From IMG/VR virus record IMGVR_UViG_3300048625_000523, positions 1 to 56,098 of that record: a DNA stretch of 56,098 nucleotides; one strand, 5' to 3'. Shown piece by piece: positions 53,089-56,098 of the stretch. The notes beneath the pieces are model-generated. The model was not told where the DNA came from. It saw only the letters and a list, made by a program, of their open reading frames with translations, and did no database searches. Position 1 is the stretch's first letter, and each line of letters opens with the position of its first letter. The translations under genes and the position numbers were made by a program. The DNA is from a virus (lineage: Duplodnaviria; Caudoviricetes).

Positions 53089-54054
53089 ATGGCAGACGTG
53101 TGGTCATATCTTTACAACCCCTCTGCAGCTTCTTCAAGCGGAACTACAGGCGGGGCTTCTGCAAGTGCGATGCCGGATTGGTATGTGAATTACACCCAGA
53201 ACCTGCTCGCACAAGCGCAGTCTGCTGCTGAAGAACCATTCCAAGTCTACAATGGTCAGCGTGTTGCAGAATTGCAACCGCTACAGCAACAAGCTATTGA
53301 CAAGACTGTAGCCAACCAAGGTTCTTGGAATCCTGCGCTGACACAAGGTCAAGCCCTGACAACACAAGGTGCTACAACCAATACGTTGAATGGCGTACCC
53401 ACATTTGGCACGGGCATCAATGCATACATGAACCCCTACACGCAGAATGTCACAGACACTTTGGCGCGATTGGGCACTCGTAACTTGACCGAGAATTTGC
53501 TGCCAGCAGTTAATTCTACTTTTGTCGGTGCAGGCCAATTTGGGTCTGGTCGCAACGCAGAATTCACCAACAGAGCCCTGAGGGATGTGGGTGAAAGTAC
53601 TTTGAATGCTCAATCACAAGCATTGAATACAGGGTATCAACAAGCTGCGCAAAACATGTTGGGGGATCAACAAATGCGCATCGGAGCTGCTGCGGCAGAC
53701 GCTGGGCGTAATTTGCAAGGTGGCGCGCAACTAGGAGCTCTTGGTCAGTTGAGGCAACAACTCTCTGCTACTGATACGGGGGCATTGTCAGCAGCAGGAC
53801 AACAACAACAAAATCAGCTGCAATCCAACTTGTCAACAGCCTACAATGACTTCCTGGAGCAGCGCAATTACCCGATGAACGCGGTGTCATTCATGAACAG
53901 CGCCCTGAATGGTGTGCCGACAGGAGCCTCTCAACTCTTCTCCAACACTGAAGCATCTACCAAAGTACCTGCCTCTACCACTTCTCCGCTGGCCAGCATG
54001 GTTCAAGCAGGTGGTAGTGCAGGCATCCTCAGCAAACTTTTGTCGGGGTCATAA
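53089..54054 (+). CDS. DNA ejection/pilot protein (putative)
   Basis: Q/A/G-rich. Contains YNGQRVA, YMNPYTQNV and AGQFGSGR. Confidence 0.65.
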   Translation: MADVWSYLYNPSAASSSGTTGGASASAMPDWYVNYTQNLLAQAQSAAEEPFQVYNGQRVAELQPLQQQAIDKTVANQGSWNPALTQGQALTTQGATTNTLNGVPTFGTGINAYMNPYTQNVTDTLARLGTRNLTENLLPAVNSTFVGAGQFGSGRNAEFTNRALRDVGESTLNAQSQALNTGYQQAAQNMLGDQQMRIGAAAADAGRNLQGGAQLGALGQLRQQLSATDTGALSAAGQQQQNQLQSNLSTAYNDFLEQRNYPMNAVSFMNSALNGVPTGASQLFSNTEASTKVPASTTSPLASMVQAGGSAGILSKLLSGS

Positions 54055-55628
54055 TGCCTTCTCCGCTCGAATCGTTGTCAAACACACCAATCAAGCCTGG
54101 GCAATCTGGGCAAGAGTGGTTGCAAACCATGTTGTCAGACAGAATTGCTTCTCAGCAATCTCGTCTTCGAGATGTGCGTGCTCGCAACGCAGATACTTCA
54201 GCTGGATTGTACACCCCACCATCCGAAGAAGAGACCGCAGGCTTTGAACAAGCTGCTCGTGCAGCTGCTCTTGCTGCAATGTCGGGACAAGGCACTTTTG
54301 GATCTTCTTTGGCAGCAGCCAATTCAACATATCTTGGGTTGAAAAAGGCTGAGCAAGATGCGCAACGACTTGCCAAAGAGAAGTCTGCACAAGTAATGTA
54401 CCCAGCACAACTTCGAGAAGAAGCCTCTGTAGAAGGTTCTTTGAACGCAGCTCTGGCAGCGGCTGCCAGGTTGCGCACGGGTGCAAATGCACAACAGGCT
54501 TCTAGGTTCAAGGTTGTGCCCAACAGGGGGCTTGTAGACACCCAGGCCGAAGGCGGCCCTCAAGTAGTGTTGGAAACAAACAATTTGCCAGCGCTGACAG
54601 TGCAACTGCAACGCACAATTTCTCAGCGAGCCAATGGATTGAATTTCAACACGGCAGAAGAGAAAGAAGCTTGGATTCGACAACAGCTTTCTACAGCGCT
54701 CGCCAAGCTCAAAGGTCTCATGCCAGGGTTGCCTCAAGACGAAGCAGATTCCGCACCTCAGGGCTCCGCACCTCAGGGCTCCGCACCTCAGGGCTCCGCA
54801 CCTCAGGGCTCCGCACCTCAGGGCTCCGCACCTCAGGGCTCCGCACCTCAGGGCTCCGCACCTCAGGGTTCTTACACTCCGATAGAGCCTGTAGGAGTGT
54901 CCAAGTTTGGCGAATTCATTCAGCCGGTGCAGACAGCCACAGCTCAAAATGCTGTCGGTTCTGTAAAAAATGCGGGGCAAGATAAAGTGCGTACGCAATC
55001 AATGATTGAAGCCAATAAGCAAGCCGCTAAAGCTTTTGAAGACAAAGTATCTCCGTTGCAAACGTCGGGCGAAGCGATGTTGCAACAGCTGAACATGTTG
55101 CAACGCATGCCGGTGCCTTGGGGTGCTGCCAAGAGCATTGCGGTACAGACGCTCGGCCCGGTATCAGACGCCTTGAAGGCCATGGGTGTTGGGGATGGGG
55201 GTGAGTTGTTGAAGCGGTCTGTGGAGTTGAATTCTGCAAAGCCTATTCTTGAAGGTATGGCCAACGCTTTGCTGCTGCAAGCCAAAGGTGTGCAAACTGA
55301 GGGTGATTATCAACGCGCCAAGAACCAAGGCCCGTCACTCACGCAGCCAAAAGAAGCGGCAGAATATACTATTCGCATGGGCAAGGCAATTGCAAGCCGT
55401 TCGCTGGATAAAGCGCAATTCTATTCTTTGTATGCACAAGGCAATGAGGGTAGTTACCTGGGGGCTGACACCAGGTGGACAGATCTTGTAAAGACGACAC
55501 CACTGTTCGCCAAGAATAGTCGTGGTCAAGTAGTGTTTGAAAATGAGTTCTTGGGCAAGTATAAAGAATTGCACCCGAAAGCCTCTGAAGCAGAAGCGCG
55601 GGCAGCGTGGCGCGAGGCTGCAAAATGA
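54054..55628 (+). CDS. Internal virion/ejection protein with (SAPQG)8
   Basis: Ala/Gln-rich. Contains KGVQTEGD. Confidence 0.6.
   Translation: MPSPLESLSNTPIKPGQSGQEWLQTMLSDRIASQQSRLRDVRARNADTSAGLYTPPSEEETAGFEQAARAAALAAMSGQGTFGSSLAAANSTYLGLKKAEQDAQRLAKEKSAQVMYPAQLREEASVEGSLNAALAAAARLRTGANAQQASRFKVVPNRGLVDTQAEGGPQVVLETNNLPALTVQLQRTISQRANGLNFNTAEEKEAWIRQQLSTALAKLKGLMPGLPQDEADSAPQGSAPQGSAPQGSAPQGSAPQGSAPQGSAPQGSAPQGSYTPIEPVGVSKFGEFIQPVQTATAQNAVGSVKNAGQDKVRTQSMIEANKQAAKAFEDKVSPLQTSGEAMLQQLNMLQRMPVPWGAAKSIAVQTLGPVSDALKAMGVGDGGELLKRSVELNSAKPILEGMANALLLQAKGVQTEGDYQRAKNQGPSLTQPKEAAEYTIRMGKAIASRSLDKAQFYSLYAQGNEGSYLGADTRWTDLVKTTPLFAKNSRGQVVFENEFLGKYKELHPKASEAEARAAWREAAK
54750..54869. repeat. 15-bp tandem repeat, 8 copies
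   Basis: (TCCGCACCTCAGGGC)8, last base variant. Confidence 0.98.
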
Positions 55629-56098
55629 GCAAGAGTATTCTAGACCTTGTGGACACCACAACGCCGGGGTTTGATACTGGGCGTGCTCGCGAACTCAAGA
55701 AGTTCAACAAGGCTGTGGATGTTCTGGAATCCACACTCCCACAGGATACCCCTGAAAAAGACACCACGGAAGGCATGTCTACTTCGCAGAAAGTGTTGGC
55801 AGGAGCTGGTAAAGCTCTGTCAGACACAGCACTCGGGGTTCGTCAATTGCTGACACGAGACCCTGCTAAAAGTGCTGCTTTGTTGCAAGAGATTCGCGAT
55901 CGTAAAGTGCGAGACAAATCGTTGATGTCTTCCGGGGCTGGTATGGTGGGGGCTGTCATCCCACAAGCAGCTGCAACAGCTGTATTGGGGGGTGTAAAGG
56001 TGTTGCCAGACATTGCGCTGAATGCTGCCATTGGCGCTGTGCAGCCTGCCGAAGATTCGACAGACCGCACAATGAACACAGTTGCGGGGGGTGTCGGG
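55625..56098 (+). CDS. N-terminal part of a large ejection protein (3' truncated)
   Basis: ATGA overlap. Open for 158 codons to the window end (MSKSILDLVD...VAGGVG). Confidence 0.7.
   Translation, partial: MSKSILDLVDTTTPGFDTGRARELKKFNKAVDVLESTLPQDTPEKDTTEGMSTSQKVLAGAGKALSDTALGVRQLLTRDPAKSAALLQEIRDRKVRDKSLMSSGAGMVGAVIPQAAATAVLGGVKVLPDIALNAAIGAVQPAEDSTDRTMNTVAGGVG

Overview
The window is an almost complete genome of a tailed, podovirus-like dsDNA phage, probably of a Gram-negative proteobacterial host. I see no integrase or CI-type repressor. The gene at the right edge (55625-end) appears to continue at the left edge (1-1361) across a small gap. The minus arm (2.2-27 kb) carries a thymidine-hypermodification cluster, replication genes (SNF2-like helicase, VRR-NUC, PD-(D/E)XK nuclease, family A polymerase, primase-helicase) and many small early genes. 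The plus arm (28 kb-end, then 1-2.3 kb) carries terminases, a Tad2/DUF2829 protein, portal, GroES, scaffold, capsid, tail, lysis and ejection genes. Two non-coding signals stand out. (1) At 21.0-24.6 kb, about 9 integron attC-like sites separate single phage ORFs that lie antisense to the normal cassette orientation, with no integrase present. (2) A promoter-driven 78-nt three-way-junction RNA upstream of the primase has two loops complementary to a bipartite motif in several early leaders. All calls come from reading motifs by eye; no searches were run.
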